From assembly GCF_003018255.1 (NCBI RefSeq), contig NZ_CP027440.1: a stretch of 64,000 nucleotides of DNA; one strand, given 5' to 3'. Position numbers and translations under genes: made by a program. Below the pieces are notes generated by a model. The model saw nothing but the letters and a program-made list of their open reading frames with translations. It searched no databases and was not told where the DNA came from. Shown here in pieces: positions 1 through 12,374 of this stretch. Source of the stretch: Escherichia coli (GTDB lineage: Bacteria; Pseudomonadota; Gammaproteobacteria; Enterobacterales; Enterobacteriaceae). How positions within the stretch are numbered: the stretch's first letter is position 1; each line of letters begins with the position of its first letter.

Positions 1-398
1 GGCTTTATAACAGCAAAGCAGAAAATATCATCAAAACCTGCCGTATCTTACTGGAACAACATAATGGCGAGGTTCCGGAAGATCGTGCTGCGCTTGAAGC
101 CCTACCTGGCGTAGGTCGTAAAACAGCCAACGTCGTATTAAACACTGCATTCGGCTGGCCGACTATTGCTGTCGATACGCACATTTTCCGCGTTTGTAAT
201 CGTACTCAATTTGCGCCGGGGAAAAACGTCGAACAGGTAGAAGAAAAGCTACTGAAAGTGGTTCCGGCAGAGTTTAAAGTCGACTGCCACCATTGGTTGA
301 TCCTGCACGGGCGTTATACCTGCATTGCCCGCAAGCCCCGCTGTGGCTCTTGTATTATTGAAGATCTTTGTGAATACAAAGAGAAAGTTGACATCTAA
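1..398 (+). CDS. nth: endonuclease III, C-terminal fragment (5' end outside window)
   Basis: Frame from nt 3 translates to ...LPGVGRKTANVVL...CIARKPRCGSCIIEDLCEYKEKVDI*, with HhH motif and 4-Cys cluster; stop TAA at 396-398. Confidence 0.9.
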   Translation, partial: LYNSKAENIIKTCRILLEQHNGEVPEDRAALEALPGVGRKTANVVLNTAFGWPTIAVDTHIFRVCNRTQFAPGKNVEQVEEKLLKVVPAEFKVDCHHWLILHGRYTCIARKPRCGSCIIEDLCEYKEKVDI

Positions 399-1008
399 TG
401 ATAAGGGGTAACACCGATTACCCCATTGATAACCTTTCTTTATCCTCTTTTAAAACATCTTTTTAACGTCAATGATGCCATTGCTTAGCGTTATCATCAG
501 GTAATCCGTTTGCGGATAACCAAAAATGCAGGTTAATTGTTTTTTTAATAGCGAAATTTTCTATTCATTCGTGATCAAGATCACGATGCTGTGGCAATGT
601 AAAAACATTGCAAGAACTAGGTTAAAATCATTTAAATTTACACACGCAACAAATATTGACCTACAAAACATTACACTGGCTATTTTTCAGAAACTGGACT
701 ATCTCACTAGGAAAAACGCTAAATAGCAGAACATATCGCCGTTAAGCCATCATCCCCCTCTCAGGGTAGTGAAAAAATCTGCCGTTACGTTTTTTGAAAA
801 ATTTAACGCTGGATAACATTTCCCGGAATGGTTGAATTCCCCGCCTCAGTTATATGTAACAGATTATTACAAAGGACTTGTCTGAAAATGCAAGATAGTG
901 AACATTACCTGCCGTTTCCCCTCCCACTATAACAATTGCGCGTATGTTTTTTAGGCATAACGCGAGAAAGCACCCCCGTTAATATGGGATGTAAAAAAAG
1001 AGGTAAAA

Positions 1009-2511
1009 GTGTCCACTGCAAACCAAAAACCAACTGAAAGCGTCAGTTTGAACGCTTTCAAACAACCGAAGGCGTTCTATCTCATCTTCTCGATTGAGTT
1101 ATGGGAACGTTTTGGTTATTACGGCCTACAAGGAATTATGGCTGTTTACCTGGTTAAACAACTGGGTATGTCTGAAGCGGATTCAATCACCCTTTTCTCT
1201 TCCTTTAGTGCCCTGGTTTATGGTCTGGTCGCTATCGGCGGCTGGTTAGGTGACAAGGTACTGGGTACTAAACGCGTAATTATGCTTGGCGCTATTGTGC
1301 TGGCGATTGGTTATGCTCTGGTTGCCTGGTCTGGTCACGACGCCGGTATCGTTTATATGGGTATGGCGGCTATTGCGGTCGGTAACGGCCTGTTTAAAGC
1401 TAACCCGTCTTCTCTGCTTTCTACATGCTATGAGAAAAACGACCCGCGTCTGGACGGTGCATTCACCATGTACTACATGTCCGTCAACATCGGCTCTTTC
1501 TTCTCTATGATCGCCACCCCGTGGCTGGCCGCGAAATACGGCTGGAGTGTTGCGTTTGCGTTGAGCGTTGTAGGCCTGCTGATCACTATCGTTAACTTCG
1601 CCTTCTGCCAACGCTGGGTTAAACAGTACGGTTCAAAACCAGACTTCGAGCCTATCAACTACCGTAACCTGCTGCTGACCATTATTGGTGTTGTGGCACT
1701 GATCGCTATCGCCACCTGGCTGCTGCACAATCAGGAAGTTGCGCGTATGGCGCTGGGCGTTGTTGCCTTCGGTATTGTGGTTATCTTCGGTAAAGAAGCT
1801 TTCGCGATGAAAGGTGCTGCGCGTCGTAAAATGATCGTTGCCTTCATCCTGATGCTCGAAGCAATCATCTTCTTCGTGCTGTACAGCCAGATGCCAACGT
1901 CACTGAACTTCTTTGCGATTCGTAACGTTGAACACACCATTCTGGGCCTGGCCGTAGAACCTGAGCAGTATCAGGCACTGAACCCGTTCTGGATCATCAT
2001 TGGTAGCCCGATTCTGGCCGCTATCTATAACAAGATGGGCGATACCCTGCCGATGCCAACTAAGTTTGCAATCGGTATGGTGATGTGTTCTGGTGCGTTC
2101 CTGATTCTGCCGCTGGGTGCAAAATTCGCGTCTGACGCAGGTATCGTGTCTGTAAGCTGGCTGGTCGCAAGCTATGGCCTGCAGAGTATCGGGGAACTTA
2201 TGATCTCTGGTCTGGGTCTGGCAATGGTTGCACAACTCGTTCCGCAGCGTCTGATGGGCTTCATTATGGGTAGCTGGTTCCTGACCACTGCCGGTGCAAA
2301 CCTGATTGGTGGTTATGTTGCGGGTATGATGGCTGTGCCGGATAACGTTACCGATCCACTGATGTCACTGGAAGTCTATGGTCGCGTATTCTTGCAGATT
2401 GGTGTCGCTACTGCCGTTATTGCAGTACTGATGCTGCTGACCGCGCCGAAACTGCACCGCATGACGCAGGATGACGCTGCAGACAAAGCGGCGAAAGCAG
2501 CCGTAGCGTAA
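1009..2511 (+). CDS. dtpA: dipeptide/tripeptide:H+ symporter (POT family)
   Basis: 500 aa ORF, GTG start preceded by AAAGAGG; N-terminus [17 protein letters not shown]... recognised as DtpA (TppB/YdgR). Confidence 0.93.
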
Positions 2512-2533
2512 AATTCAGGGAAACTCTTTTACA

Positions 2534-2570
2534 AGCCGCTAACTTTTCGTTAGCGGCTTTTTTTTTTGTT
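2534..2570 (+). terminator. intrinsic terminator downstream of dtpA
   Basis: Inverted repeat AGCCGCTAAC/GTTAGCGGCT followed by a T-run of about 10. Confidence 0.8.
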
Positions 2571-2617
2571 CAGCAACGCACTACCATACTTTAAACCACA
2601 GACAAAAGGAGTTACCG

Positions 2618-3223
2618 ATGAAATTGTTCTACAAACCGGGTGCCTGCTCTCTCGCTTCCCATATCACCCTGCGTGAGAGCGGAAAGGATTTTACGCTCGT
2701 CAGTGTGGATTTAATGAAAAAACGTCTCGAAAACGGTGACGATTACTTTGCCGTTAACCCTAAGGGACAGGTACCTGCATTGCTGCTGGACGATGGTACT
2801 TTGCTGACGGAAGGCGTAGCGATTATGCAGTATCTTGCCGACAGCGTCCCCGACCGCCAGTTGCTGGCACCGGTAAACAGTATTTCCCGCTATAAAACCA
2901 TCGAATGGCTGAATTACATCGCCACCGAGCTGCATAAAGGTTTCACACCTCTGTTTCGCCCTGATACACCGGAAGAGTACAAATCGACAGTTCGCGCGCA
3001 GCTGGAGAAGAAGCTGCAATATGTGAACGAGGCACTGAAGGATGAGCACTGGATCTGCGGGCAACGATTTACAATTGCTGATGCCTATCTGTTTACGGTT
3101 CTGCGCTGGGCATACGCGGTGAAACTGAATCTGGAAGGGTTAGAGCACATTGCGGCATTTATGCAACGTATGGCTGAACGTCCGGAAGTACAAGACGCGC
3201 TGTCAGCGGAAGGCTTAAAGTAA
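2618..3223 (+). CDS. gstA: glutathione S-transferase
   Basis: 201 aa [25 protein letters not shown]...; recognised as E. coli GstA. Confidence 0.93.
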   Translation: MKLFYKPGACSLASHITLRESGKDFTLVSVDLMKKRLENGDDYFAVNPKGQVPALLLDDGTLLTEGVAIMQYLADSVPDRQLLAPVNSISRYKTIEWLNYIATELHKGFTPLFRPDTPEEYKSTVRAQLEKKLQYVNEALKDEHWICGQRFTIADAYLFTVLRWAYAVKLNLEGLEHIAAFMQRMAERPEVQDALSAEGLK

Positions 3224-3230
3224 TAGCCAT

Positions 3231-3254
3231 CGGCCCACAGGTCGTTGTGGGCCG
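3231..3254. terminator. stem-loop between convergent gstA and pdxY
   Basis: 9 bp perfect stem CGGCCCACA/TGTGGGCCG in the 43 bp gap; no strong T-run, so terminator function is inferred. Confidence 0.5.
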
Positions 3255-3266
3255 AAATGAGATATT

Positions 3267-4130
3267 TCAGAGCTTTGTTGCGCTGAAATAATGTTCTGGT
3301 TTGGCAATACGATCCTGAGCAGCAACCACTTGCAGCTCATATTCCTGCATTGCTTTGGTGGTCACCATGATTTCGTATACTGCAGCGGTCACATGTTCCA
3401 GAGCCTCCTGCAGCGTTGCCCCCTGAAGCAGTTTCACCAGCAGTAAACCGCTCGTCACATCACCAACACCTACCGGCTGGCGCATACCAAAATCCACCAG
3501 CGGACGGCTGATATGCCAGGCTTCATCGGCGGTAACCAGCAGCATTTCAAAACGGTCACGGCTGTAGCCAGCCCGCGCCAGGTGTTTAACCAACACAATT
3601 TGTGGCCCTTGCGCAATGAGTTCACGCGCTGCCAGAACCGCTTCTTCGACGTTATTTACCGCATGCTCACAGAGTATTTCCAGCTCAACCAGATTCGGCG
3701 CAATGATATCGCTGGCAGGCAAACCGTGCCGCACATGAAACTCTGCGACACCCGGTGCAACGATACAGCCTTTTTCCGGATGACCCATTACCGGATCGCA
3801 AAAATATTTCGCCTGCGGATTCGCTGCTTTCACCTGACGAACGATACCGAGAATATGTTCACCCTGCTCCGCCGAACCCAGATAGCCACTTAATACGGCA
3901 TCACAGGTGTGTAATTTATCAATGGCGGCAATGCCTTGCACAATTTCGGTTAAATGGCTGGGCGGCATCACGCAGCCAGTCCATTTGCCGTATTGAGTGT
4001 GATTAGAAAATTGAACGGTGTTCAGCGGCCAGACGTTCGCGCCCAGGCGGCGCATCGGAAACTCTGCCGCACTGTTACCCGCATGACCATAAACAACGTG
4101 AGACTGGATAGCGAGAATATTTTTCATCAT
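3267..4130 (-). CDS. pdxY: pyridoxal kinase 2
   Basis: 287 aa [25 protein letters not shown]...; recognised as PdxY; upstream gene of the pdxY-tyrS-pdxH arrangement. Confidence 0.92.
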   Translation of the reverse strand: MMKNILAIQSHVVYGHAGNSAAEFPMRRLGANVWPLNTVQFSNHTQYGKWTGCVMPPSHLTEIVQGIAAIDKLHTCDAVLSGYLGSAEQGEHILGIVRQVKAANPQAKYFCDPVMGHPEKGCIVAPGVAEFHVRHGLPASDIIAPNLVELEILCEHAVNNVEEAVLAARELIAQGPQIVLVKHLARAGYSRDRFEMLLVTADEAWHISRPLVDFGMRQPVGVGDVTSGLLLVKLLQGATLQEALEHVTAAVYEIMVTTKAMQEYELQVVAAQDRIAKPEHYFSATKL

Positions 4131-4188
4131 GTTCCCTGTATAAAAACCAGGGGGAGTGATTTCTCACTCCCCCTTTCCACTTAATGCA

Positions 4189-5463
4189 TTATTTCCAGCA
4201 AATCAGACAGTAATTCTTTTTGCCGCGACGCAATAAGGTAAAACGACCAAACAGACGATCTTCTTCTTTAAAGAAGTATTCAGGATCGGACTGTTTTTCA
4301 CCGTTAATGGTGATGGCATTGGAGGCGATAGTTTTACGCGCCTGACCACGGGAAGGTTGCAGTTCAGAATCGACCAGCGCCTGCATCAGGTCTGCGCCCT
4401 TCTCCATCTCAACCATCGGTACGCCGTCCTGCGCCAGCTGTTCGAAGTCCGCTTCACTCAGCGCACTCAAGGAACCGCTGAACAGGCATTCGGTAATACG
4501 TTTTGCCGCCTGCAAACCGTCTTCACCATGCACCAGACGTGTCACCTGTTCTGCAAGCACATACTGGGCGCGCGGTGCTTTACCGCTGTTTTTATCTTCT
4601 TCTTCCAGGGCGTTGATCTCTTCAATGCTCATGAAGGTGAAGAACTTCAGGAAGCGGTAAACGTCGGCATCCGCAGTGTTGATCCAGAACTGGTAGAATT
4701 TGTACGGGCTGGTTTTCTTCGGATCCAACCAGACTGCGCCGCCTTCAGTTTTACCAAATTTGGTGCCGTCTGCTTTGGTGATCAGCGGAACGGTCAAGCC
4801 AAACACCTGATTCTGATGCAGACGACGGGTCAGGTCGATACCAGAAGTGATGTTACCCCACTGGTCAGAACCACCGATTTGCAGCACCACACCGTACTGT
4901 TTGTTCAGACAGGCGAAGTCATAACCCTGCAACAGGTTGTAGGAAAACTCAGTGAACGAAATCCCCTGATCTTCACGGTTGAGACGCTGCTTAACCGCTT
5001 CTTTGTTGATCATCTGGTTAACGGAGAAGTGTTTGCCAATATCGCGCAGGAAGGTCAGCACATTCATATTGCCGAACCAGTCATAGTTGTTCGCCGCGAT
5101 AGCAGAGTTTTCTCCACAGTCGAAATCGAGGAACGGGGCAACCTGCTTGCGGATTTTGTCCACCCACTCCTGAACAGTTTCTTCAGTGTTCAGCTTACGC
5201 TCGGCAGCTTTGAAGCTCGGGTCGCCAATCAGACCCGTCGCGCCGCCTACCAGCGCAACCGGCTTGTGGCCCGCCTGCTGGAAGCGTTTCAGGCATAACA
5301 ATGGAACAAGATGCCCCAAATGCAAGCTGTCAGCGGTAGGATCGAAGCCGCAATAGAGCGCGATCGGGCCTTGCGCCAGTCGCTCTGCTAACGCTTCCTC
5401 GTCCGTCACCTGGGCTACCAGCCCCCGCTCTTGCAATTGTTTAATCAAGTTACTGCTTGCCAT
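4189..5463 (-). CDS. tyrS: tyrosyl-tRNA synthetase
   Basis: ORF track gives 428 aa ([10 protein letters not shown]...); GGAG lies 8 nt before the second ATG, giving the 424 aa form [14 protein letters not shown]; HLGH class I motif present. Confidence 0.93.
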
Positions 5464-5591
5464 CAAAATCTCCATGTATATAACGACTGCACCTTTGCCG
5501 GTACACGACTTTTCGCCAGATGCGAAAGAGACATAGAATAAAGTGCCAGAATCAGGAGTACCAGCGATTAAAGCAAGATTTTTGCATCTTT

Positions 5592-6248
5592 TCAGGGTGC
5601 AAGACGATCAATCTTCCACGCATCATTTTCACGCTGGTACAAAAAGCGGTCATGCAGGCGATGCTCACCGCCCTGCCAGAACTCAATCTGTTCAAGGCTG
5701 ACGCGAAAACCGCCCCAAAAACTCGGCAATGGCACTTCGCCCTGTTGAAACTTCTGCTTCAGCTCCAGGAATTTACTTTCAAGGATACCGCGGGCAGAAA
5801 TGCGACTGGACTGCTTCGAAACCCATGCACCAATCTGGCTATCACGTGGGCGACTATGAAAATATTTCATCACTTCGAGAGTCGAAAGTCGTTCCGCTTT
5901 ACCGATCACCATCACCTGGCGCTCAAGGGTATGCCACGGGAACAGCAGGCTAACGCGCGGATTATTTTCGATTTGATGTGCTTTACGGCTGCCGAGGTTG
6001 GTGTAAAACACCATGCCTTTTTCGTCGTAATGTTTGAGTAAAACGATGCGCTGATAAGGCTGACCATGTTCATCCACGGTAGCGACCACCATCGCGGTAG
6101 GGTCCGCCAGTTTGGCTTCACACGCCTGAGAGAGCCAGCGTTCAAAAAGGGTTAATGGATCGGCGGGAAGATCGCGGCGGCGTAATCCGCCTTTGGTGTA
6201 TTCACGGCGCAGATGCGCGATTTGCTGCAATTCGTCGTTATCAGACAT
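5592..6248 (-). CDS. pdxH: pyridoxine/pyridoxamine 5'-phosphate oxidase
   Basis: 218 aa [25 protein letters not shown]...; recognised as PdxH. Confidence 0.93.
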
Positions 6249-6306
6249 GGTTTTCTTTACGGATTGTCAGTGGGTGACGCTATTGTGCGCCGCCCCTGGA
6301 AAAATC

Positions 6307-6636
6307 TCAACGCTGTGGATTTTGTAACTGACAGTTATTCAAGACGATGCGGTCGCGTTTATAGACAGTCGCTTCCTCGCCTTTCGACCAGAAAACATAG
6401 ATCCCGTCGGTGTAACGTGCACCAGACGCAGAAATGCCCTGTTTGAGATGCAGTAGTTGATTATCGTAAACAAAACTGACTTCCTGGCGCGGATTATTCA
6501 GTTTGACCGTCAACGGTTTTTCATCACACTGGTATTCCAGCGTATCGGTTTGCATGCGCTCAAACAGTTGATTGAACGCGCTACAGTCGGTGAGAAGGAC
6601 CGGCAAACAGATCAGTAACAGTTTTTTCATAGACAT
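6307..6636 (-). CDS. mliC: membrane-bound lysozyme inhibitor of C-type lysozyme (lipoprotein)
   Basis: 109 aa ORF with signal peptide and lipobox-like LLTDCS; recognised as MliC/YdhA; exact start among the N-terminal Met codons uncertain. Confidence 0.85.
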   Translation of the reverse strand: MSMKKLLLICLPVLLTDCSAFNQLFERMQTDTLEYQCDEKPLTVKLNNPRQEVSFVYDNQLLHLKQGISASGARYTDGIYVFWSKGEEATVYKRDRIVLNNCQLQNPQR

Positions 6637-6733
6637 ATCCCGAAGACTTTCCTGGTCTGGAGGGCAATACGCCCTCCCTAACGTTCCAAGTGTAACGGCA
6701 GACGCGGTAAGAAAAATTCAGTTAACTCTGATA

Positions 6734-7843
6734 TCACGGGTTAGCGGGGAAAATAGCCCCGAGTACCGTCTCCTGGCTTGCGCCAGTGACGGAAGGCAGA
6801 TTTCCTGGTAATCCCGCAAGCGTCCGCCAGGCAAGCCAGGCGAAAGCCAATGCTTCCATGTCATCGCCACTAATGCCAACGGCATCAGTGGTGGTGACTT
6901 CTGTGCCTGGCAGTAATGCCGCCAGACGCGCCATGAGTAGCGGATTACGACTTCCTCCACCACATACCATCAATCGTTCACAGCCACCGCTCAACAAAAC
7001 TTGTTCAGAAATGGTCACGGCGGTGAGTTCTGCCAGTGTGGCCTGCACATCACGGGGATCAACACCCGGAAAATGGCGCAAATGGCGCTCCAGCCAGCCG
7101 TAGTTAAAGTATTCGCGTCCGGTGCTTTTCGGTGCGGGTTGCGAGAAATACGGGTCGCTGAGCATATTTTGCAGCAGTGGGAGAATAACTTTACCCGCCC
7201 GTGCCCACTCGGCATCTTTATCGTAAGGTTTACCGGCCTGACGCCAGATCCAGGCATCCATCAGCATGTTACCAGGACCGGTATCGTAGCCCCCAACCGG
7301 CTGCCCAGGAATGAGCAGTGACAGATTGGCGATGCCGCCAATATTGAGCACCATTCGTCGCTCGGTTGGGTGAGCCAGCAGCGCATGATGGAACGCAGGT
7401 ACCAGCGGTGCGCCTTGTCCTCCCAAGGCAATATCGCGACGGCGAAAATCACCGACAACCGTAATTCCGGTGCGTGCCACAATTTGATTGTTATCGCCAA
7501 TCTGTAAAGTGTGTGGTGCCACGCCCGTCGGTTCATGCCAGACGGTTTGACCGTGACAGCCGATCGCAACGATATCTCTCGCCTGCAGGTTTTGTTCCTT
7601 AAGCAAGGCATTGACCGCATCAGCAAAAAGTCGCCCGAGTTGAGTATCAAGCTGTCCAAACTGAGAAAGTGTAAGCTGCTGGCCCTGGCAAATATCCAGT
7701 ACAGCCTGTTTCAGAGACACCGGGATCGGCCAGCTCAAACTTGCCAGCTGTGCGACCCGGTGTTCATCAATTGTCGCCAACACAACATCAACACCATCAA
7801 GGCTGGTGCCTGACATAACGCCAATAAAGCGGCCCGATTTCAT
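6734..7843 (-). CDS. anmK: anhydro-N-acetylmuramic acid kinase
   Basis: 369 aa [26 protein letters not shown]...; recognised as AnmK/YdhH. Confidence 0.92.
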
Positions 7844-7976
7844 AGTTCATCCTTTTTCAATCTGACGTTTGCGCACCACTCAAACATAAACTTTTCGTGA
7901 ATACCATGCGGAATGACCGATTTTTACCGTTGGTAGTAAAACATTATCTTCAAATCAATAATCATCATGAATGTTT

Positions 7977-7993
7977 TGTTTATAATTGGTTGA
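7977..7993 (+). promoter_or_regulatory. candidate PhoP box upstream of slyB
   Basis: TGTTTA-N5-GGTTGA direct repeat about 125 bp upstream of the slyB start; slyB is a known PhoP-activated gene. Confidence 0.4.
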
Positions 7994-8116
7994 TCCTACT
8001 TTCATTATGATTTGCTCATATTTGGTAGAACATGTAACCATGGATTCACATATGCCATATACTTTGACCATGAGGGATGCTTGCGTGGCGTTTCATGGTG
8101 AACAGGAGATTTTTCA

Positions 8117-8584
8117 ATGATTAAACGCGTATTGGTTGTTTCAATGGTAGGTCTGTCTCTTGTCGGTTGTGTTAATAACGACACCCTGTCAGGGGATGTT
8201 TATACCGCTTCTGAAGCGAAACAAGTACAGAATGTCAGCTATGGCACCATCGTTAACGTACGTCCGGTACAGATTCAGGGCGGTGATGATTCCAACGTTA
8301 TCGGCGCAATTGGCGGTGCTGTTCTTGGTGGTTTCCTGGGGAATACTGTTGGTGGCGGAACCGGGCGTTCTCTGGCTACTGCTGCAGGCGCTGTTGCAGG
8401 TGGCGTAGCCGGTCAGGGCGTACAGAGTGCAATGAACAAAACGCAGGGTGTCGAGCTGGAAATTCGTAAAGACGATGGTAATACCATCATGGTGGTACAG
8501 AAACAAGGCAACACTCGTTTCTCTCCGGGCCAACGTGTCGTACTGGCCAGCAATGGCAGTCAGGTGACCGTTTCCCCGCGCTAA
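8117..8584 (+). CDS. slyB: outer membrane lipoprotein SlyB (glycine-zipper)
   Basis: 155 aa ORF with signal peptide, lipobox LVGC and Gly-rich GAIGGAVLGGFLGNTVGGGTG segment. Confidence 0.93.
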   Translation: MIKRVLVVSMVGLSLVGCVNNDTLSGDVYTASEAKQVQNVSYGTIVNVRPVQIQGGDDSNVIGAIGGAVLGGFLGNTVGGGTGRSLATAAGAVAGGVAGQGVQSAMNKTQGVELEIRKDDGNTIMVVQKQGNTRFSPGQRVVLASNGSQVTVSPR

Positions 8585-8593
8585 ATAAGTTTG

Positions 8594-8620
8594 CGTGTGG
8601 TCAGGTTACTGACCACACGC
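8594..8620. terminator. bidirectional stem-loop between slyB and slyA
   Basis: 11 bp perfect inverted repeat GCGTGTGGTCA/TGACCACACGC in the 46 bp convergent gap. Confidence 0.7.
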
Positions 8621-8630
8621 CCCCTTCATT

Positions 8631-9065
8631 TCACCCTTTGGCCTGTAACTCAATGATATTATGCTCAAGTTTTGCGATGAGCTTAATCAGTTGTTCCAGT
8701 TCCTCTGCGGAGATGCCATGTAAAATTTCCGCGCGGGTTTTGTTAATAACAGCTTCCATTTCGCTGATCAGCGGCTCTGCCTTTTCCGTCAGTTTAATAC
8801 GTTTAGCCCGACGATCGCTGGCACAAGTTTGACGCGAAATTAACCCTTTTTCTTCCAGTTGGTCCAGAGTACGGACCAGTGATGGCTGCTCGATGCCAAT
8901 CGCTTTTGCCAGTTGAATTTGCGACTGGTCTGGAGGTAACTGATGGATATTGTGTAACGTAACCCAATGGGTTTGTGTTAACTCCAGCGGTTTCAGGCGA
9001 TGGTCTATCAGAGCACGCCATATGCGCACCAACCGTGCCAGATCAGAACCTAGTGGCGATTCCAA
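8631..9065 (-). CDS. slyA: MarR-family transcriptional regulator SlyA
   Basis: ORF track 146 aa from ATG at 9071 ([11 protein letters not shown]...); I recall a 144 aa annotated form starting two codons later at TTG; either way clearly SlyA. Confidence 0.9.
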
Positions 9066-9265
9066 TTTCATCTCCTTATAATTAGCTTGCTAAGATATTA
9101 TGCGGCTTTTAGAATAGTGTGCAGCAATTGTATTGCTAAAACAAATGTATTGCTGCATTTGGTTACCGTCAGACATATTTTTCAGAAATTGCGCGTAAAT
9201 TTTTCGCACTTAAAGAATATTTATTAATCTAACGCAATATATTCGGTCGTAAAGGAATCTACTTT

Positions 9266-9502
9266 GTGAAGTTTATGCTCAATGCAACAGGATTGCCCTT
9301 ACAAGATCTGGTGTTCGGTGCGTCCGTCTACTTTCCTCCGTTTTTCAAAGCCTTCGCGTTTGGATTCGTCATCTGGCTTGTCGTACACCGCCTGCTTCGT
9401 GGCTGGATCTACGCCGGTGACATCTGGCATCCCTTGTTAATGGATTTATCGCTGTTTGCGATTTGCGTTTGCCTTTCCCTGGCAATACTGATTGCGTGGT
9501 AA
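9266..9502 (+). CDS. ydhI: small inner-membrane protein (DUF1656, AaeX-like)
   Basis: 78 aa hydrophobic ORF immediately upstream of ydhJ; recognised as YdhI. Confidence 0.85.
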   Translation: MKFMLNATGLPLQDLVFGASVYFPPFFKAFAFGFVIWLVVHRLLRGWIYAGDIWHPLLMDLSLFAICVCLSLAILIAW

Positions 9503-9504
9503 CT

Positions 9505-10362
9505 ATGTCAATTAAAACAATTAAGTATTTCTCAACAATCATTGTAGCGGTAGTTGCGGTTCTTGCCGGATGGTGGCTGTGGAATTATTACATGCAATCT
9601 CCGTGGACACGCGACGGGAAAATACGCGCAGAACAGGTTTCTATCACCCCTCAGGTGTCGGGACGTATTGTTGAGCTGAATATAAAAGACAACCAACTGG
9701 TTAACGCGGGGGATCTTCTGCTCACGATCGATAAAACGCCCTTTCAGATCGCCGAGCTGAACGCACAGGCTCAGTTGGCGAAAGCGCAATCTGACCTCGC
9801 AAAAGCCAATAACGAAGCGAATCGTCGTCGTCATCTCTCACAAAATTTTATTTCTGCCGAAGAACTCGATACCGCTAACCTCAATGTTAAAGCGATGCAG
9901 GCCAGTGTTGATGCCGCACAGGCGACGCTGAAACAGGCACAATGGCAACTGGCGCAAACGGAAATTCGCGCCCCGGTGAGTGGATGGGTGACTAACCTCA
10001 CTACCCGCATCGGCGATTACGCTGACACCGGGAAACCGCTGTTTGCCCTTGTCGACAGCCACTCGTTTTACGTCATTGGTTATTTTGAAGAAACCAAGTT
10101 GCGCCATATCCGCGAAGGTGCACCAGCACAAATTACCCTCTATAGTGATAACAAAACGTTACAGGGTCACGTTTCCAGTATCGGTCGGGCGATTTATGAT
10201 CAGAGCGTTGAAAGTGACTCAAACCTTATTCCGGATGTGAAACCTAACGTCCCCTGGGTTCGCCTCGCCCAACGAGTTCCCGTCCGCTTTGCGCTGGATA
10301 AAGTCCCAGGCGATGTCACGCTGGTGTCGGGCACCACCTGTAGTATTGCCGTAGGTCAATAA
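9505..10362 (+). CDS. ydhJ: membrane fusion protein (HlyD/AaeA-like efflux adaptor)
   Basis: ORF track 299 aa from 9463; internal Met [24 protein letters not shown] gives 285 aa with an N-terminal TM anchor; stop TAA overlaps the ydhK ATG in TAATG. Confidence 0.85.
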   Translation: MSIKTIKYFSTIIVAVVAVLAGWWLWNYYMQSPWTRDGKIRAEQVSITPQVSGRIVELNIKDNQLVNAGDLLLTIDKTPFQIAELNAQAQLAKAQSDLAKANNEANRRRHLSQNFISAEELDTANLNVKAMQASVDAAQATLKQAQWQLAQTEIRAPVSGWVTNLTTRIGDYADTGKPLFALVDSHSFYVIGYFEETKLRHIREGAPAQITLYSDNKTLQGHVSSIGRAIYDQSVESDSNLIPDVKPNVPWVRLAQRVPVRFALDKVPGDVTLVSGTTCSIAVGQ

Positions 10363-12374
10363 TGAACGCATCGTCATGGTCCTTGCGCAATTTGCCCTGG
10401 TTCAGGGCCACGCTGGCGCAATGGCGTTATGCGTTACGCAATACCATTGCCATGTGTCTGGCGCTGACGGTTGCCTATTATTTAAATCTGGATGAACCCT
10501 ATTGGGCGATGACCTCGGCTGCCGTGGTTAGCTTTCCCACCGTTGGAGGTGTCATCAGCAAAAGCCTCGGACGCATCGCTGGCAGTTTGCTCGGAGCCAT
10601 TGCGGCACTGCTTCTTGCCGGACATACGCTCAATGAGCCGTGGTTTTTTCTTTTGAGCATGGCGGCGTGGCTTGGCTTTTGTACCTGGGCCTGTGCGCAC
10701 TTCACGAATAATGTCGCGTATGCATTTCAACTGGCGGGCTACACAGCTGCCATCATCGCCTTTCCGATGGTTAATATTACTGAGGCCAGCCAGCTGTGGG
10801 ATATCGCTCAGGCGCGCGTTTGCGAGGTGATTGTCGGTATTTTGTGCGGCGGCATGATGATGATGATCCTGCCGAGCAGTTCCGATGCTACAGCCCTTTT
10901 AACCGCATTGAAAAACATGCACGCCCGATTACTGGAACATGCCAGTTTACTCTGGCAGCCTGAAACAACCGATGCCATTCGTGCAGCACATGAGGGGGTG
11001 ATTGGACAGATACTGACCATGAATTTGCTCCGTATCCAGGCTTTCTGGAGCCACTATCGTTTTCGCCAGCAAAACGCACGCCTTAATGCGCTGCTCCACC
11101 AGCAATTACGTATGACCAGTGTCATCTCCAGCCTGCGACGTATGTTGCTCAACTGGCCCTCACCGCCATGTGCCACACGAGAAATTCTCGAACAGCTGCT
11201 GACGGCGCTCGCCAGTTCGCAAACAGATGTTTACACCGTCGCACGTATTATCGCCCCGCTACGCCCGACCAACGTCGCCGACTATCGGCACGTCGCCTTC
11301 TGGCAGCGACTACGTTATTTTTGCCGCCTTTATCTGCAAAGTAGTCAGGAATTACAACATCTGCAAAGCGGTGTGGATGATCATACCAGACTTCCACGGA
11401 CATCCGGCCTGGCTCGTCATACCGATAACGCCGAAGCTATGTGGAGCGGACTGCGTACATTTTGTACGTTGATGATGATTGGCGCATGGAGTATTGCTTC
11501 GCAATGGGATGCCGGTTCCAATGCATTAACGCTGGCAGCAATTAGCTGCGTACTCTACTCCGCCGTCGCAGCACCGTTTAAGTCGTTGTCACTGCTGATG
11601 CGCACGCTGGTGTTACTTTCGCTATTCAGCTTTGTGGTCAAATTTGGCCTGATGGTCCAGATTAGCGATCTGTGGCAATTTTTACTGTTTCTCTTTCCAC
11701 TGCTGGCGACGATGCAGCTTCTTAAATTGCAGATGCCCAAATTTGCCGCATTGTGGGGGCAACTGATTGTTTTTATGGGTTCGTTTATCGCTGTCACTAA
11801 TCCCCCGGTGTATGATTTTGCTGATTTTCTTAACGATAATCTGGCAAAAATCGTTGGCGTTGCGCTGGCGTGGTTAGCGTTCGCCATTTTGCGTCCAGGG
11901 TCGGATGCTCGTAAAAGCCGTCGTCATATTCGCGCGCTGCGCCGGGATTTTGTCGATCAACTTAGCCGCCATCCAACACTGAGTGAAAGCGAATTTGAAT
12001 CGCTCACTTATCATCACGTCAGTCAGTTGAGTAACAGCCAGGATGCGCTGGCTCGCCGTTGGTTATTACGCTGGGGTGTAGTGCTGCTGAACTGTTCTCA
12101 TGTTGTCTGGCAATTGCGCGACTGGGAATCGCGTTCCGATCCGTTATCGCGAGTACGGGATAACTGTATTTCACTGTTGCGGGGAGTGATGAGTGAGCGT
12201 GGCGTTCAGCAAAAATCACTGGCGGCCACACTTGAAGAATTACAGCGGATTTGCGACAGCCTTGCTCGTCATCATCAACCTGCCGCCCGAGAGCTGGCGG
12301 CAATTGTCTGGCGGCTGTACTGCTCGCTTTCGCAACTTGAGCAAGCACCGCCGCAAGGTACGCTGGCTTCTTAA
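10362..12374 (+). CDS. ydhK: FUSC-family (AaeB-like) efflux/inner membrane protein
   Basis: 670 aa multi-TM ORF; start overlaps the ydhJ stop by 1 nt, suggesting translational coupling. Confidence 0.88.
   Translation: MNASSWSLRNLPWFRATLAQWRYALRNTIAMCLALTVAYYLNLDEPYWAMTSAAVVSFPTVGGVISKSLGRIAGSLLGAIAALLLAGHTLNEPWFFLLSMAAWLGFCTWACAHFTNNVAYAFQLAGYTAAIIAFPMVNITEASQLWDIAQARVCEVIVGILCGGMMMMILPSSSDATALLTALKNMHARLLEHASLLWQPETTDAIRAAHEGVIGQILTMNLLRIQAFWSHYRFRQQNARLNALLHQQLRMTSVISSLRRMLLNWPSPPCATREILEQLLTALASSQTDVYTVARIIAPLRPTNVADYRHVAFWQRLRYFCRLYLQSSQELQHLQSGVDDHTRLPRTSGLARHTDNAEAMWSGLRTFCTLMMIGAWSIASQWDAGSNALTLAAISCVLYSAVAAPFKSLSLLMRTLVLLSLFSFVVKFGLMVQISDLWQFLLFLFPLLATMQLLKLQMPKFAALWGQLIVFMGSFIAVTNPPVYDFADFLNDNLAKIVGVALAWLAFAILRPGSDARKSRRHIRALRRDFVDQLSRHPTLSESEFESLTYHHVSQLSNSQDALARRWLLRWGVVLLNCSHVVWQLRDWESRSDPLSRVRDNCISLLRGVMSERGVQQKSLAATLEELQRICDSLARHHQPAARELAAIVWRLYCSLSQLEQAPPQGTLAS

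Noticed and set aside
526-726. 66 aa ORF in the 610 bp nth-dtpA intergenic region.
   Set aside because: AT-rich, low-complexity translation, no convincing RBS; more likely part of the dtpA promoter/leader than a gene.
4357-5298. 313 aa ORF antisense to tyrS.
   Set aside because: Completely embedded in tyrS on the opposite strand, with no start context or domain signature.
5463-5475. Longer N-terminal starts offered by the ORF track for tyrS (and similarly sufB, ydiJ, ydhV, ydhX, sodC, ydiH, ydhL, ydiL, ydiN, ydhJ).
   Set aside because: In each case an internal start gives the protein N-terminus and length I recall for the E. coli protein and, where checked, has better RBS spacing; features use the internal starts and note the alternative.
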